IMG/VR virus record: IMGVR_UViG_3300023210_000011
Coordinates: 1-64,000 of that record
Direction: 5' to 3' (one strand)
Length of the DNA: 64,000 nucleotides
Source of the DNA: a virus
In this document: positions 62,001 through 64,000 of the stretch, in pieces
Numbering within the stretch: position 1 is the first letter of the stretch
Layout of the letters: the number at the start of each line of letters is the position of its first letter
The notes under the pieces: model-generated
What the model was told of the DNA's origin: nothing
Databases searched by the model: none
What the model saw: the letters and a program-made list of their open reading frames with translations, nothing else
Made by a program: the position numbers and the translations under genes

Positions 62001-64000
62001 AACACGCCTGCTGCGCTCTCAAACGCGAAGTCGGGGGACGTCCTCACCATCGATGTGGGAGTGAACGCCGGTTCATACGTCATCGACAAGGTCTATACCT
62101 ACAAGATCTACCACGGCGGGAGCATCGTCTCGACCGATCCGTCGTCGTCCGCCGACGACTACTTGGATGCCCGCGTGGCTTACACGTTCTCCGTGGTCAC
62201 GGTCAAGGGTGAGTTCCCGGTGGCGCCCCTTGAGGGCCTGGCGGACTTCTTCTCCACGAGGACCGCATCTCCCCTGGCCTTCCCGTCAGCTCCGAGCTTC
62301 GACGTGGAGAGCAAGATCACGACGGGCCCCTCAGCGGGCAAGGAGCTGGGACCGTGGGAAGTGGTCCAGGAGTCCTTCACCTGGCTGTTCGCGACTCTGG
62401 GCAGCGCCGGTTTCGACGTCCCCAGCGAGTTCGTCCTCGACGCCGGGGCGGTCCTGAAGAGCTTGACCAAGGGCTTCTTCGGCTCCTACCAGGTGGGCAG
62501 GCCGACGGCAGAGCAGATCGTACGGCTCTTCTTCACCGAGCCCACCTCCGTCACGACGTTCGGCCCCACCAGCTGCGCGAACTACTCCTGGAATGAGGAG
62601 GTGACCAGCCCGGCAGATGTCACCGGAGGGGACATCACCCTCCCAGTGGCCAGCAGTGAGGGCCTCGAGGCGGCGCTCACGTTCGTGGGTGCAGCTTCAC
62701 GTACCACCCTGACCGGCACAGTGACCGCTGCCATCGCGGCGCTGACCTCCTTCACTGAGCTGGCAACGGCGCTCCAAGAGCTGCTGGACCCGGACGAAGA
62801 TCTGGTCCGGTTCACGGGTGCCGAGTCTTCCTGGGGAAGCACCACCGGATCGATCACCGTGAGTCCGATTGAGCGCGGGGTGGGGACCACTCTGACAATC
62901 GCTGCAGAGGACCGTGAAGACGGATTCCGCCACTTCGGCTTCTCAGACGAGGAGGGAGGCGGAGTGCTCCAGATTCCGAACTCGGTGGCGTTCCCTGCCG
63001 CGGGCTTCCTGTCTCTGAGCGCAGAGATCGATACGACCCCGTTCGGGGTCTATTACGTCGAAGATGACGTAGTGATCGTGGTGGGAGAGACTCTCACGAT
63101 CACCCAGACTCCTGGGGACTTCGACATCACGCCGCTGGCGGTGATGCGCGTAGACGATCCGGTGTTCGGCGGCATCAAGACGGTGGTTCTGTTCGACCCG
63201 GCCAGCTTCGCGGTGCTGGACCCGGGGGACACTCCGCAGGTCACTCTGGGCTCGGGTACCTACGACATCCTGAGTGCGTCGTCGGTTCTTGGCATCAACA
63301 CCACCTCCGGCGCCACCTACCTGTACCTGGGGTACTCGGCTCTCGAAGAGACCCTGCTCACTGGAATGCAGGCATCCATCGTCTCCGCGATTCTGGCCGT
63401 GGCCATCTCCGACGGGATTCTGGGTGCGGCGACGAGCTACGAGTCCTGGGAGCAGGAGCTGATCACAGGGTTCAGCGTGGCGGGAGACGGCCTCGACCTT
63501 GAGATCTCCGTGGAGTCAGAATCGGACTGGATGGTCTTCGAGTTCCGGACCAAGCTCTACGACGGGACCACCCTCCTGTCGGTGAACATCGACACCTCCG
63601 CAGCCCTCACAGGGACGCTGACCCTCACGGAGATCTTCACCCTTGAGGTCACGCAGCTGGATGCCACGACGCTGACTGCCGCGCTGGCAGACAGTGGGGC
63701 CTCTGCGCTTGAGTTCGAGCAGGCCATTCTGGCGAACATCGCCAACGCCGATGACCTGGCGAGTGCGCTCAACGCCCTCAATGTGGCGGGAGATCTCGGT
63801 CAGTTCGTCTCCCTGTCTGCCGACGGGGGTGATCCTCAGGACGAGCTCGTCCTGCGGGTGCTGGCCGCTGACCAACAGGATGCGGTTCTGGAAGCTGCCA
63901 CGTCGCTCTGCTTCGACGCTGCTACGCCGCACACCACTCTCGAGAGCGTGGTGTGGACTGCTGACGGAACTTCAGAGCCTGGAGAACTCCAGGAAGGAGT
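59088..64000 (+). CDS. giant baseplate J-like protein (>1637 aa, runs off window; missing from ORF track)
   Basis: ATG 59088 after AAGGAAG; N-terminus DLAANFFVSRREGSRAGGTVRIFF...ATNRFAFNGG...ET.EQLLQR...VGFGDPEM; ORF track reports nothing in this frame and the window ends in frame (...VWTADGTSEPGELQEG). Confidence 0.8.
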   Translation, partial: MANTGTQADQIRDLLVELLEAYDPTLNLAPGGAVYDRVVAPLYSSLGVDAFDTDLELFLLTRLRQEFPSLPAEQGDAIVDLVIRPLQLLLEGFKRELQIIRRGQSVRNSGQMRIQDAEDLAANFFVSRREGSRAGGTVRIFFANPTFVSLLASTELRTSSGLVFYPRVPQFFRPEVMAAQRSGQLYYLDVGVVAAEAGEEYNVEEGAISSVIGLASAVRATNRFAFNGGSYQETAEQLLQRTQTSLTERSLNTRRGVRARLFSEFPTIRNMEVVGFGDPEMQRDVITGSGGGDVITSGMSFVLGRYVLLLSMFENRGRDGARRIRAGSRIELNFWNFLYGTRPEEANQFFGVDEVVYESSEDLVGLPTIYLLKLDAVPDVDPPSVSLIPGLLPGVFAAAYDRAEIRISDIPGGITNPDANEQIIIQDGEVHIGGHYDVYVRPSASSSTSTQYAPQASEVAVYEGEELTLSGQIDATALRDYGALKNKVHSRLRIHYRPISGTLTETEVVNLFDGSSIEEDTGAYLLDLNTAERYLDLCCLTSDNDWSSGQIKGATSGAVVAISSVEQVIWEDVGVSRGMTLNVLTGPDAGVYKILDVRGVELVLDLDMTALSSDVRFRIIDETVVDAFSPQSPVYPFNADSATGLRTTIGSATVRVSEDLQQFGVATGHTFEILDGGNQGVYQITGFGANGGRSPILNSEMRSTDSSASFKIYSSSGGLTRPLVRVAPGGVALLDTSGQDTGYTVPPALPVGAAAYEGFSGARITYSGLNGFVLADAGTSWAPQSHTRLQVYDIDSATGELTNPSAVSPRSPDGTITQKDMKTISQYSGRPGTCYTDECLPSDDDYVAVMSLVEQGLGSGSFQTHLAIDLPTAATDFLQSLRDWMVELTSISGFDLGADFEALATLFAPFTLDPVDAANPIIAQYEVLIPKAIFDGCNNVFIAAPEFDWNKAFSGSTFEDAMDDYNNGELRNTPAALSNAKSGDVLTIDVGVNAGSYVIDKVYTYKIYHGGSIVSTDPSSSADDYLDARVAYTFSVVTVKGEFPVAPLEGLADFFSTRTASPLAFPSAPSFDVESKITTGPSAGKELGPWEVVQESFTWLFATLGSAGFDVPSEFVLDAGAVLKSLTKGFFGSYQVGRPTAEQIVRLFFTEPTSVTTFGPTSCANYSWNEEVTSPADVTGGDITLPVASSEGLEAALTFVGAASRTTLTGTVTAAIAALTSFTELATALQELLDPDEDLVRFTGAESSWGSTTGSITVSPIERGVGTTLTIAAEDREDGFRHFGFSDEEGGGVLQIPNSVAFPAAGFLSLSAEIDTTPFGVYYVEDDVVIVVGETLTITQTPGDFDITPLAVMRVDDPVFGGIKTVVLFDPASFAVLDPGDTPQVTLGSGTYDILSASSVLGINTTSGATYLYLGYSALEETLLTGMQASIVSAILAVAISDGILGAATSYESWEQELITGFSVAGDGLDLEISVESESDWMVFEFRTKLYDGTTLLSVNIDTSAALTGTLTLTEIFTLEVTQLDATTLTAALADSGASALEFEQAILANIANADDLASALNALNVAGDLGQFVSLSADGGDPQDELVLRVLAADQQDAVLEAATSLCFDAATPHTTLESVVWTADGTSEPGELQEG

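Noticed and set aside
1-64000. CRISPR array, integrase, transposase or rRNA
   Set aside because: No regularly spaced repeat-spacer array, recombinase or transposase motif, or rRNA-like sequence was seen.

Overview
This window looks like part of a large, GC-rich dsDNA tailed phage with a contractile tail; the host cannot be determined from the sequence. It has two transcriptional halves. Bases 1-30.85 kb are a dense, almost entirely minus-strand array of small 'early'-type genes, with blocks preceded by a recurring promoter-like motif (about 24 copies, minus-strand consensus roughly AAAT-N~14-GGCATAA) and often closed by cUUCGg hairpins. This half carries a type IIG-like restriction-modification fusion, a MazG-like enzyme, two lipoproteins, a CheY-like receiver, a CCA-adding enzyme, a DHH-like phosphoesterase, a complete tmRNA (tag ANNNNHFAPVAAAA), a second ~240-nt RNA with tRNA-like ends but no anticodon loop, and two further ORF-poor structured segments. 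Bases 30.9-64 kb are mostly plus-strand morphogenesis genes: a tail chaperone with a canonical -1 frameshift site, GroES, tape measure, baseplate hub, wedge, and a giant baseplate-J-like ORF that runs off the window and is absent from the supplied ORF track. Interspersed are a SWIM/ParB/SNF2/HNH multidomain protein, an ADP-ribosyltransferase-like protein, a sigma-70-family factor and an inverted DNA ligase island. The two most novel-looking signals are (1) an RNA-processing locus of tmRNA, a tmRNA-shaped non-Ala RNA lacking encoded CCA, a CCA enzyme and a phosphoesterase, and (2) a shared 'F..EL(E/T)K(I/E)A' leader and K-x-A domain-junction motif on putative virion cargo proteins, including the sigma factor. 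All protein and RNA assignments come from reading motifs by eye; no database searches were run.
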